A DNA stretch of 64,000 bases, taken from positions 1 to 64,000 of IMG/VR virus record IMGVR_UViG_3300021962_000076. One strand, given 5' to 3'. The position numbers and the translations under genes are program-made. Below, one piece after another: positions 21,121 through 30,747 of the stretch. Numbering within the stretch: position 1 is the first letter of the stretch; each line of letters starts with the position of its first letter. The DNA is from an uncultured virus (IMG/VR IMGVR_UViG_3300021962_000076). Taxonomy: Duplodnaviria; Heunggongvirae; Uroviricota; Caudoviricetes. The notes beneath the pieces are model-generated. The model was not told the DNA's origin. It saw only the letters and a program-made list of their open reading frames with translations, and ran no database searches.

Positions 21121-22095
21121 ATGAATAATTTAGTTTTTGTTACAGCACAACCAGACGTACCTTATTTTCATTGGCAAATAAAATTATATACACATAATTT
21201 TATTGAAAAAGGAATTGACCCAAAAAATATACACGTCATTTTAGCCATGGTCCATGGCGCTACAACACAATCAGAAGGTGCTAAAGAATTATTAAACCAA
21301 GGATATAACGTTCATTTTTATAAAGACGATAGAGATAAAAAGTCATATATCCCAAGTATAAAACCATACCTAGTTTCAAAATGGTTAGAAGAATATCCAG
21401 AATTTGGTAAAGTATTCTTTTTACATGATGCGGACATTATATTTAACAAATTACCAGATTTTGATAAATTATTAAGTGATGATATAAGTTATTTATCAGA
21501 TACAATTGGTTATATTGGATATAATTATATTATGGATTGTTGTGATCGATATGAAAAACAACACCCAGAATCAGAAAAAGGACAATTAATACAAGAAATG
21601 GCCAATGTTGTCGGACTAGATGTTGAGACAATTAAAAATAATCAAGAAAATTCTGGTGGAGGCCAGTATATTATAAAAAATACAGATTATAAACTTTGGG
21701 ATAAGATATACAAAGATTGTACACCATTATATAATCAAATGTTAGATTACCAAAGAAGATTCCCAATAAATCCTGGTCAAATACAATTTTGGACGGCAGA
21801 AATGTGGTCAGTACTTTGGAATTTATGGTTAGTTGGTAATGAAACCAAAATAACAAAAGAGTTAGATTTTTCTTGGGCAACAGACGATATAAAAAGGTAT
21901 GAAGAAATGCCAATACTTCATATGGCAGGTGTAACAGATAATTTAAAAGATGTTAAATTTTATAAGGGGGATTATATTAATAAAGACCCAATCAAATCAT
22001 TAATAAATAACCCAAACCATTTTGATTATATTGATAAAAATAGTTCTACAATAAAATATATCGAATTAATGAAATCTTTTATAAAAAATAAATAA
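21121..22095 (+). CDS. GT-A fold glycosyltransferase resembling HPAT / peptidyl-serine alpha-galactosyltransferase (GT95/GT96-like)
   Basis: PYFHWQ, YIPSIKPYLVSKWL, LHDADIIF (DxD) and WTAEMW occur in the same order as the family motifs YFDWQ, YPAINKP..WL, LDADM and WISEMY. Confidence 0.7.
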   Translation: MNNLVFVTAQPDVPYFHWQIKLYTHNFIEKGIDPKNIHVILAMVHGATTQSEGAKELLNQGYNVHFYKDDRDKKSYIPSIKPYLVSKWLEEYPEFGKVFFLHDADIIFNKLPDFDKLLSDDISYLSDTIGYIGYNYIMDCCDRYEKQHPESEKGQLIQEMANVVGLDVETIKNNQENSGGGQYIIKNTDYKLWDKIYKDCTPLYNQMLDYQRRFPINPGQIQFWTAEMWSVLWNLWLVGNETKITKELDFSWATDDIKRYEEMPILHMAGVTDNLKDVKFYKGDYINKDPIKSLINNPNHFDYIDKNSSTIKYIELMKSFIKNK

Positions 22096-22119
22096 ATGAT
22101 TATTTATATATAAAACAAT

Positions 22120-24390
22120 ATGGCAGGGTGCGATCAATGTAGGCAAACTATTTTAGTAAATACAGGTGTAACGGTTAGTGTTGCAACATTAATTGATTGT
22201 AGTGGTAATACAACATCTTTTAGTTTAGCACCAACATCTGGATTCACAACATACGAACCATATATTACCGATTTTTGTAGTGGAACCACAATTAGCGGTG
22301 ATACACTATATATCGATAATGATTATCCACTAACACATTGGTACTCCTTTAGTTCTTGTTGTAATAACGAAGAGTTTATCGTCTACTCAAGTTCAAAACT
22401 AATCCAAACAGGAGAGACAATAAATATAATTGATTCTAAATCATATAATGGAAATGTATATACCGGATGTTATACCTGTACAAATACTGATAAAATTGGT
22501 TCTAACGAACCTATTTTAGATAGATTAATATATTTTGAACCACAAGGAAGTCCTATTGAAGGCATTATTATCTATAAACTAGGCTGCGTAAGTTGTCTTG
22601 AAGTAAATCCATGTCCTACAATATGTTATAAATTATATTCTTGTGACAATCTATATGATCCATTTTATAGTAAAAACGAAGGACTATCTGGTTTTGTGAA
22701 TAATTATGTTTCTTTAACAACTAGTGGTATAACTAATGGATGTTTTTATGTTACAGGAGTTGAAAGTTGCGACAATTATGAAGATGTTACAATAAATTAT
22801 GATATAATGTGTGAGTGCACATGTAGTTGCTACACTTATACAATACCTGAGAATTCTAAACCAATAATAATAACTTATATTGATTGCAATGATAACGAAA
22901 TATCTAATTATGTTAATACAGGCGCCACAACAAGTATTTGTTCAAAGATAACTCCTTTATTTTATAATGAAGTAAATCGAATTATAATCCCAATTAAAAA
23001 TAATGGTCCATGTATTAATGGAGAATGTCAAAAACAACCAATAACAATAAAACCAAGAAATGAGTGTGATGTTATAACTATTTTCCCTATGGGAGTTAGT
23101 TGCTTAGTAACAAACCCATCATCAGTAAATTCATTTGATGGTTATACATACTTACAAATAACAGGAGGAACACCACCATATACAGTAATGTGGGAGAATG
23201 GAAGTTATGGACAATCTTTAAGTGATTTAAACATAGGTGAATATAGTGCGACAGTTACAGATTTTTATGGTGATTTTATAATTAACACAACTTGCGTATT
23301 AACAGCTACAACAACTACTAGCACAACAACCACAACAACAACAATACCAGTAATTTATGGACCATTATGTCTATCATATAATGAAAGTGTACATTATAAT
23401 ACCACAACAACACAAGTCCAATTTGAACCATCTATCAACATTAACAATCAACCAAGTTGGACTGGTACAACAGACTATTTACTATATTGGAACGAAAATC
23501 AATGGATTATAACTGGAAGTACAATTAATGGGGATTTAGTAAATAATAATCCAATAACACCACCATTAGTTGGTTGGCAATTCCTAGGTAATCCATATTA
23601 TGTTGCGGATACATTATTATTATATTCAGGTTTATGCACTAGTGGTGAAGCAATAATTTTAAATCAAATTGCAAATACAAATGTTGACTGTAATAATTTA
23701 GGATCAATTGCAATAACACCAAATGGAGGTACACAACCATATTTATACTCAATTAATGGAGGAATAAACTACTATAACACACCAATATTTAATAATTTAC
23801 AACCAGGCACATATTTCATTAAAACTAAAGATTCTTTAGATAATGAATCACAAATAACAGAGGTATTAGTTGAAAATATACCAACACAACAATATACATT
23901 ATCATTAAATGTTGATCAAAACACAAATACATTTACAATAACACCAGATAGTAGTTTACCACCATATCAAACTATATCATTTAATTTTGGACATATTAGT
24001 ACCTTCATTGGAGTATCAACAATAAATCCAGGGCAATCATATGACAATATAGTAAGTTTTGGTGCTTTAGGAACTATGACATATGTTGGACAAAATAATT
24101 CAACAGATACTATAATTTGTGGTGGATATGTTACTCCTAGACAAATACAACAAACAACATATACAAAAGCACTAACAATAAATGGTGGTGAGACAATAAC
24201 TGGATCATTTACTGATTTACTAAACTATGGGATTTGGACACCAACCGAATGTAGATATATAGATGGTCAGTACACATTATTCATTGAAAGTGCTAATTGT
24301 GGCGACTGTTGTATTGTAAAAATTATAAATCCACCATTAACACAAAATCTTGGAGGAGGTAATTTTGTGTTACCACCAAAATTACCATAA
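22120..24390 (+). CDS. Cys-rich virion protein with SprB-like repeats and a poly-Thr linker
   Basis: Many Cys residues; ITGGTPPY and GGTQPYLYS units; TATTTTSTTTTTTT tract. Confidence 0.65.
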   Translation: MAGCDQCRQTILVNTGVTVSVATLIDCSGNTTSFSLAPTSGFTTYEPYITDFCSGTTISGDTLYIDNDYPLTHWYSFSSCCNNEEFIVYSSSKLIQTGETINIIDSKSYNGNVYTGCYTCTNTDKIGSNEPILDRLIYFEPQGSPIEGIIIYKLGCVSCLEVNPCPTICYKLYSCDNLYDPFYSKNEGLSGFVNNYVSLTTSGITNGCFYVTGVESCDNYEDVTINYDIMCECTCSCYTYTIPENSKPIIITYIDCNDNEISNYVNTGATTSICSKITPLFYNEVNRIIIPIKNNGPCINGECQKQPITIKPRNECDVITIFPMGVSCLVTNPSSVNSFDGYTYLQITGGTPPYTVMWENGSYGQSLSDLNIGEYSATVTDFYGDFIINTTCVLTATTTTSTTTTTTTIPVIYGPLCLSYNESVHYNTTTTQVQFEPSININNQPSWTGTTDYLLYWNENQWIITGSTINGDLVNNNPITPPLVGWQFLGNPYYVADTLLLYSGLCTSGEAIILNQIANTNVDCNNLGSIAITPNGGTQPYLYSINGGINYYNTPIFNNLQPGTYFIKTKDSLDNESQITEVLVENIPTQQYTLSLNVDQNTNTFTITPDSSLPPYQTISFNFGHISTFIGVSTINPGQSYDNIVSFGALGTMTYVGQNNSTDTIICGGYVTPRQIQQTTYTKALTINGGETITGSFTDLLNYGIWTPTECRYIDGQYTLFIESANCGDCCIVKIINPPLTQNLGGGNFVLPPKLP

Positions 24391-24417
24391 AATATCATTA
24401 CTTAGTATTTATTAGAA

Positions 24418-26895
24418 ATGGCATATATAATAAAAAATACATCGGGATTAGTAAACACTAGAGTTACAGACATTGGACGCCAAAAATTATCACAAGGTAA
24501 CTTTAAAATTTCATATTTTCAGATTGGAGATAGTGAAATTTCATATGATAAAATTCCACAAAATTATAACCAATCAAATAGCTTTGTATTAGAGCCGCAA
24601 TTTAATTCACAAAATGCCGCAGGTGTTCCACAATCAAATAGACAATATGTAAAATATCCATATTTAGTTGATGAAGCACAAACCAATATATATGGAATTC
24701 CATATATGGATTCACTAATTGAATCTGTATTTAATAGAGCACCACTTAGAGGATTTTTTACTGGGGACACAACACAAGGTATAATAAATTGGGACTTATT
24801 GACTAATGACAAATATGTTGTTAGTGCAAATTATATTGTAAATACTGCAACCCTAAATGGGTCTAATCAAATTGAAATTATATATTCAGGAACTAATACT
24901 AGTAATTTACAAACACCACAAATTGGTGATATAATTACAATATACTATGATGGTAAAGCCAAAAATAACGTTGAGTGTTTTAATTTGCCAACACCAACAC
25001 CAACACCAAGTATTAGTTCATCACCAACAACCGCAACTACAACAACTACAACAACAATAGTTGATTGTGCTTCACCAACACCTACACCTACACCAAGTAA
25101 GACACCTTGTTTAACACCAACACCAAGTCCACAATGTCCATTACCACCATACCCAGATTGTTTTATGGGTATGAATAGTTGTACTATAATGTTAACATAT
25201 AGAATTATTGATGTTTGTAAAAATACGTTAACATTAGATAGACCAACACCAGATTATAGATTTTTCCCAAGCGATTGTTATTCTAGAGTAATTATTTACC
25301 CATCGAATATGACACAAATATACGATAGCATAACCCCAGAGCCACATTGGAACGATCAGGTAATTGATTTTGAATCAATTTGTGATACTGACCAATTTGA
25401 TGTTAAAATATGGAATATGAATATACCTTGGACTGAAAATCCAGCAGGGATAATTGAAACACAATATGAAGGATACCAAAATTCATTATCTATTGACTAT
25501 ATTGGGTCTAAAGAATATTTTGGATATAACTCAAGTGAGGGACAAACAGATACTAGTGCAACTTTTTATTATAATTCATTAGGTGATATTGTAACAACAA
25601 AACCAGAAGACCAAAAAGCAATTGCGATTATACATTATACAAATCAAACAATAGATTTCTTTTATGGTGAAAAATTTGCATTAGAACCATATAACCCATC
25701 GAATCCTAGTGATACAACAGGACAAGCAAGAAACTTTAAACTACATATTCCTTGGTTAATGTGGCATAAAAACCCTAATTGTTGTAATGGTCAAACGTTT
25801 TGGGTTGACCCACCAGGATTTGATGACAAAGACTTATTTAAACCATATTATATTAAATCCACAAGGAATGAAACTATGAACCAACCAGGTATTAGGTATT
25901 ATCATTTGTGGGACACAAACAAAAATAACGATGGGCTACCAAATAGAATTGGTAAAGTATTTCCAGATAGTAAATTAGTTATTATTGATGATGATGAGAT
26001 TATTGCTGCAATGTCATATAAAGCAAATAGAAACTGGACATTACCAGCACCACAATTATCACTATTAACACCAAATACATGTGACACAACAACATCACAA
26101 TTTGGTATTTTAACAGGTAGTAATCAAACTATGTATGTAACATATAGATTAACAAATAAATTTGGATTTACAAATTCGTTACATTGTAATTATTATGTTA
26201 AAATACAAGGTAACAATAATGAATGTAATCCAGATACAACTAAAAATGTTGCTATTAGATTTGGCGAAGAGTTTGGATGTTTAATACAACCAGGATATTC
26301 ACCAGTTACAACTACTACAACATATTATCCAGTTACAACAACAAGTACTACATACCCATGTTATGGATGTGAACTACCAGATGGGTATTTTGGTGACGAA
26401 TTCCAAGTCCTAGCACAAATTGTTGCAACAGGAGAAAGACCGGACCCGACAAAGTGGAAAATAATTGATTTTACAAGTCAAATTAGTAACAATTTTATAA
26501 ATGGGTACATAACACAAGAATCAATTGTTAATAGTACCTTTGTTATAACAAATGAGAATTATCAAGCAGCACCTTATTATAATTTAAATGATTATATACC
26601 ATTAACACCATTAAATACAACAACTAAAAAATTAAATTTTGGCGATGAGTTTTATTTTTATGGTGCAATAGAAACAGACATACAAGCAACAATATATGAA
26701 ATGAAATACAAAATAAACCTAAGTTCAAACGAGTTTCAAGTATCAACAAACCCATCTTGGACATTGGGGACTCCATCATATATAACAGAAATTGCTCTAC
26801 TTGATGATAATAAAGATATTTTGGTTATGTCTAAATTACAATCACCTACATTAAGACAAGGTATACAGCAGTATGTGGTTAAGATAGATTTCTAA
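24418..26895 (+). CDS. Tail-fibre attachment / baseplate protein (DUF3751-like ends) with Pro/Thr-rich inserts
   Basis: N-terminal VTDIGRQKLSQG..YFQIGD and C-terminal YITEIALLDDNKDILVMSKL; internal PTPTPTPS and TTTTT tracts. Confidence 0.55.
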   Translation: MAYIIKNTSGLVNTRVTDIGRQKLSQGNFKISYFQIGDSEISYDKIPQNYNQSNSFVLEPQFNSQNAAGVPQSNRQYVKYPYLVDEAQTNIYGIPYMDSLIESVFNRAPLRGFFTGDTTQGIINWDLLTNDKYVVSANYIVNTATLNGSNQIEIIYSGTNTSNLQTPQIGDIITIYYDGKAKNNVECFNLPTPTPTPSISSSPTTATTTTTTTIVDCASPTPTPTPSKTPCLTPTPSPQCPLPPYPDCFMGMNSCTIMLTYRIIDVCKNTLTLDRPTPDYRFFPSDCYSRVIIYPSNMTQIYDSITPEPHWNDQVIDFESICDTDQFDVKIWNMNIPWTENPAGIIETQYEGYQNSLSIDYIGSKEYFGYNSSEGQTDTSATFYYNSLGDIVTTKPEDQKAIAIIHYTNQTIDFFYGEKFALEPYNPSNPSDTTGQARNFKLHIPWLMWHKNPNCCNGQTFWVDPPGFDDKDLFKPYYIKSTRNETMNQPGIRYYHLWDTNKNNDGLPNRIGKVFPDSKLVIIDDDEIIAAMSYKANRNWTLPAPQLSLLTPNTCDTTTSQFGILTGSNQTMYVTYRLTNKFGFTNSLHCNYYVKIQGNNNECNPDTTKNVAIRFGEEFGCLIQPGYSPVTTTTTYYPVTTTSTTYPCYGCELPDGYFGDEFQVLAQIVATGERPDPTKWKIIDFTSQISNNFINGYITQESIVNSTFVITNENYQAAPYYNLNDYIPLTPLNTTTKKLNFGDEFYFYGAIETDIQATIYEMKYKINLSSNEFQVSTNPSWTLGTPSYITEIALLDDNKDILVMSKLQSPTLRQGIQQYVVKIDF

Positions 26896-26946
26896 AAAAC
26901 ATTTAGTTTTAAATAAAATCAATTACTTTCTAATAAAACATAGTAT

Positions 26947-27555
26947 ATGGCAAAAGATATTAAAAACACACCAAAGGTTTTAGGATTAGACATATCAACA
27001 AAAACAATAGGGTGGGCATTATTTGACGTAAAAAGTCAAGAGTTACTAGAATTAACACACATCTCACCTAGGCCAAAAATGGATAAAAATAATGATGATA
27101 AATTAAAAGAGTTATTACTTAAGTCTGAAATTTTTGCACAAAAACTAATGGAATATAAAAATTTAGGTATATTAAAAGTGATAATTGAAGAACCATTATT
27201 AAACTCAAACAACATATACACAATACAAACACTATTAAGATTTAATAGCTTTATTTTTAAAGAAATTTATAATATTTTAGGAATTGTACCACAATTTATA
27301 TCAACATATAACGCAAGAAAATTTGCCTGGCCAGAACTAGTAAAAGAAAACGAAAAGGGTAAACACGTATTATTTGGCGGCCTACCAAAGGATATTGATA
27401 AAAAAATGTTAGTATGGGAAAAAGTAGCAAAAAAAGAACCACAAATTATATGGTCATACACAAAAAATAATACACTTAGAAAAGAAAATTTTGATCAAAC
27501 AGACGCGTATACTTGCGTCTTAGGCTATATGAAATCAAATGAAATTTGGAAATAA
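26947..27555 (+). CDS. ruvC: RuvC-like Holliday junction resolvase
   Basis: VLGLDISTKTIGWA, VIIEEP and DQTDAY acidic catalytic motifs. Confidence 0.75.
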   Translation: MAKDIKNTPKVLGLDISTKTIGWALFDVKSQELLELTHISPRPKMDKNNDDKLKELLLKSEIFAQKLMEYKNLGILKVIIEEPLLNSNNIYTIQTLLRFNSFIFKEIYNILGIVPQFISTYNARKFAWPELVKENEKGKHVLFGGLPKDIDKKMLVWEKVAKKEPQIIWSYTKNNTLRKENFDQTDAYTCVLGYMKSNEIWK

Positions 27556-28650
27556 TTAATTACATAAATTACCAGTAACATCAATTTCCAGTAATGGCCC
27601 ACCTGGGAAACTAGTTTGCACTGGTGTAGTCGCTGAACAAAGAATTATTGTGTCTCCTTTATTAATAACCCCAGATATATTACCAGTACAATCAGAGAAT
27701 TCAAAACTAATTCCAATTTGGTTACCATTGTATATATGATACTCATTTAAAATACAAGGAGCTTCAGTTGTGGTAGTTGTTGTTGTCGAAGTTGAAGTCG
27801 AAGTTGTTGTTGTTTGAGGAGGTGGACACTCTAAACAAGCACCATCTTTCTCTAAACCAATCTCATACAAAACCTTAATATTGTCTATACCACTTATATT
27901 ATCGGCTAAACCAAGGAATGTAGCACATGTCGTATATGAATTAGTTAACGTATTAATCTGAATCTTGTAAACGACCCCCTGATTAATTATGGTATTTTCA
28001 GCAATTAAATTTAAGACCTCTGATGTATAATACTCAAAACCATTAAAACAATCCTTAAACACTTTTGTATTACCACATCTCATATACTCATCAAATATGT
28101 TAAATGTGACAATACCATCGAAAATACATTTACGATTAATTGTTGTTGTTGTAGTTGTTGTTGGAACAAATGTTGTAGTAGTTGTTGTATATGTTATAGC
28201 AGAATAACTAATAGAAACACCGCTACATAAATCTGGAGGTATTGTAGTTGTTGTAGTTGTTGTAGTTGTTGCAGATGTTGTCGTGGTAGTTGTTGGAACA
28301 ATACAATCAAAGATTGCGTCAAAATCAAAGACATCACAAGGTGAAGTTGTTGTAGTTGTAGTTGTAGGACAAGCACCAGAGGAGCTAGCAACAAGGGATA
28401 TACCGTCCCAAAAGTCAGGACATACCGAGAAACTATTTAAAGGACCAAATTGATCACAAGTCCCGCCCAATGAACTTGATAAACACCATAGATTTTCAGT
28501 TACCCCAGTGCTAAAATAAATAAAATAAGATGATGTTATACCAGTATAGTAATTGTATCCATTGTATGTACCACCAGAAAGGAATACATCATCATATACG
28601 TATCCAGTATTAAATATACAAACAGTACTTCCAGTACAAGTAAAAGACAT
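27556..28650 (-). CDS. Cys-rich, mucin-like Thr-rich putative virion protein
   Basis: Four or more poly-Thr tracts between Cys-rich modules. The ATG at 28650 overlaps the upstream stop (TGATG). Confidence 0.65.
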   Translation of the reverse strand: MSFTCTGSTVCIFNTGYVYDDVFLSGGTYNGYNYYTGITSSYFIYFSTGVTENLWCLSSSLGGTCDQFGPLNSFSVCPDFWDGISLVASSSGACPTTTTTTTSPCDVFDFDAIFDCIVPTTTTTTSATTTTTTTTTIPPDLCSGVSISYSAITYTTTTTTFVPTTTTTTTINRKCIFDGIVTFNIFDEYMRCGNTKVFKDCFNGFEYYTSEVLNLIAENTIINQGVVYKIQINTLTNSYTTCATFLGLADNISGIDNIKVLYEIGLEKDGACLECPPPQTTTTSTSTSTTTTTTTEAPCILNEYHIYNGNQIGISFEFSDCTGNISGVINKGDTIILCSATTPVQTSFPGGPLLEIDVTGNLCN

Positions 28651-28871
28651 CAAACATTAATTATTTCATTTATTTCACAACTATTATCATCAATAACTCT
28701 TAGTGTAAAATTTCCAGAGTTAGTCAGTAATGTAGGAACTTCAAAAGTGTAGGGAAAGTCACCAGGTGTTATTGTATTTACATAAATACAAGTTGTATAT
28801 CCAGTATCACAAACATAAACATTAAATGGTGTTTGGCCTGAAATATCGTTAATAATAACATCTGTTGGCAT
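28650..28871 (-). CDS. Small Ig-like protein; paralog of 19707..20003
   Basis: IINDISGQTPFNVYVC...RVIDDNSCE; a TATTTAT motif lies upstream on the minus strand. Confidence 0.6.
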   Translation of the reverse strand: MPTDVIINDISGQTPFNVYVCDTGYTTCIYVNTITPGDFPYTFEVPTLLTNSGNFTLRVIDDNSCEINEIINV

Positions 28872-28947
28872 TATCTATCTTTTTATGATAAATATAGAAA
28901 ACTAAAAAAACTTGTATAGTTGATAATATAAAATATTATTATTAATC

Positions 28948-28979
28948 TTTGGTTTTTTAAAAAAAAATACATATATTTG
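28948..28979 (+). promoter_or_regulatory. Bacteroidota-type housekeeping promoter (-33 TTTG / -7 TAnnTTTG)
   Basis: tttg at 28948, 20-nt spacer, tatatttg at 28972; upstream of 29018. Confidence 0.65.
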
Positions 28980-29017
28980 TCCTATAATTTTAAAATTGAA
29001 TAAATAACTGATAATAT

Positions 29018-29539
29018 ATGTTTGATGTAAAGGATTATTTTAATAAAAATAGAAGAGATCACTATTGGAAACCAAATAAAGAAAAATATAAAAGATTCTT
29101 TAGGAGAAAATTAATGGAATTAAAAATTGCAATTGATTTAAAAACATTAGAATCTGATTTAAAGTTAGACACTTATAGATCCCTAGGTTATATGGGAATT
29201 GGAACACAAAGTGGATTAAGTCTTGGAATAAAAACGGAAGATGTGATAAAAACTAAGAAAAAATTGGCTGATCATGTAATTGGTACAGTCCAAATTGGTA
29301 CGTTTATACATAGCGAGTGTGAAAAATATAATTGGGATTATGATTATATGGTCGACACATGGTTATATGATAATCTTTGGATTTGGGCTACAATTTTTGT
29401 ATCTAAAAATGAACATAAAAACGAAAACATTAGAATTAACGCAGATACTATCGAAGATAAAAGATTCTTAAGACACTATTTAAATGTTTCCGATTTTTAC
29501 GAATCAAAATTAAATGGTAAAAAATTAATATTTGATTAA
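29018..29539 (+). CDS. Hypothetical protein
   Basis: 173-aa ORF downstream of the promoter. Confidence 0.6.
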   Translation: MFDVKDYFNKNRRDHYWKPNKEKYKRFFRRKLMELKIAIDLKTLESDLKLDTYRSLGYMGIGTQSGLSLGIKTEDVIKTKKKLADHVIGTVQIGTFIHSECEKYNWDYDYMVDTWLYDNLWIWATIFVSKNEHKNENIRINADTIEDKRFLRHYLNVSDFYESKLNGKKLIFD

Positions 29540-29566
29540 TTAAAATATTTCATATAATATGTCTTA

Positions 29567-30469
29567 ATGGAAGAAGAAGAGGCAATAGTTGAACTATTAG
29601 AAGAAATACTAGGAGATTATGGACTACATTACTCAAATAAAGGACAGATATCCTTTAATTGTCCAGTTTGTGATGAAGGTAGAGGAAAACATAATTTAGA
29701 AATCAACTATATTTCAAACGTATATAAATGCTGGAGTTGTGGTGAAATAGAAGGAACACATGGTAGTTTAGGTAAACTATTTGATAAGTTTGGAACTAAA
29801 AAACAAAAAAAGTTATTTAATATTCTAAAACCAGATCAAGTAGAAACAAAAAAACAAAAAAAGAAACCAAAGTTAGTTATTCCGGAAAGCTATACCAAAT
29901 TTAAAGACTCTAGCCCTATATACCCAGTTAGAAGACAGGCGTATAACTACCTTAAAAGTCGTGGAATAACTGATGAAATAATTGAAAAATTTGACATTGG
30001 TTTTTGTGACAAAGGAAGTCATATTGGAAGAATTATAGTCCCTTCTTACAATAAAAAGGGTGAGTTAAATTATTATGTTGGTAGAAGTTGGGACATAAAA
30101 AGTAAGGCCAAATATAGAAATCCTGAAGCAGAAAAAGATCAAATAATTTTTTGGGAAAACCTAATTGATTGGAACAAAGATATATACCTTGTTGAAGGGG
30201 CTTTTGATGGGATGTTTTTAGATAACCCAGTTGTGATGCTTGGAAAACATATGTCAGAACTTCTTTTTGAAACAATATATAATAATGCAAAAGGAAATGT
30301 TATAATTTGTTTAGATGGTGATGCCTGGAGTAACGCTGTTAAATTATATCATGAACTTAATGGGGGCGAATTATGGGGTAGAGTTAAAATCGTAAAATTA
30401 CCAAAAGATCAGGATGTTTGTGACCTTAAAGGACAAATAGATGATTATTATTTTGAAATAAAGGACTAA
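29567..30469 (+). CDS. DNA primase (zinc finger plus TOPRIM)
   Basis: CPVC..H..YKCWSC zinc finger, YLKSRGI, LVEGAFD and CLDGDA motifs. Confidence 0.85.
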   Translation: MEEEEAIVELLEEILGDYGLHYSNKGQISFNCPVCDEGRGKHNLEINYISNVYKCWSCGEIEGTHGSLGKLFDKFGTKKQKKLFNILKPDQVETKKQKKKPKLVIPESYTKFKDSSPIYPVRRQAYNYLKSRGITDEIIEKFDIGFCDKGSHIGRIIVPSYNKKGELNYYVGRSWDIKSKAKYRNPEAEKDQIIFWENLIDWNKDIYLVEGAFDGMFLDNPVVMLGKHMSELLFETIYNNAKGNVIICLDGDAWSNAVKLYHELNGGELWGRVKIVKLPKDQDVCDLKGQIDDYYFEIKD

Positions 30470-30747
30470 TGGATATAAATTTAGAAGCAAACAAATTTTT
30501 ATTTGAACTCAAAGTGGGGGAAGGGTATAATGACATTGTAGTAATAAAAAGAACCAAAAAAAGAATATACTTTTCAAACAATATCATAGTTCATATAAAA
30601 AAACTTGAGAATGGGTTATTATATCTTGACTCAAAATTAAACAATAAAAAGTACCCAATAATCAACCAAGTATTAAGAGATATTGAAGGTTGGTTGGTTT
30701 ATAAAAAACTTACAGAAAATTATGGATTTAAAAAAAGTAGCAAATGA
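30469..30747 (+). CDS. Hypothetical protein
   Basis: 92-aa ORF coupled to the primase stop. Confidence 0.55.
   Translation: MDINLEANKFLFELKVGEGYNDIVVIKRTKKRIYFSNNIIVHIKKLENGLLYLDSKLNNKKYPIINQVLRDIEGWLVYKKLTENYGFKKSSK

Noticed and set aside
27760..28370. gtt/gta trinucleotide runs as non-coding microsatellites
   Set aside because: They are in-frame poly-Thr codons of the minus-strand ORF.
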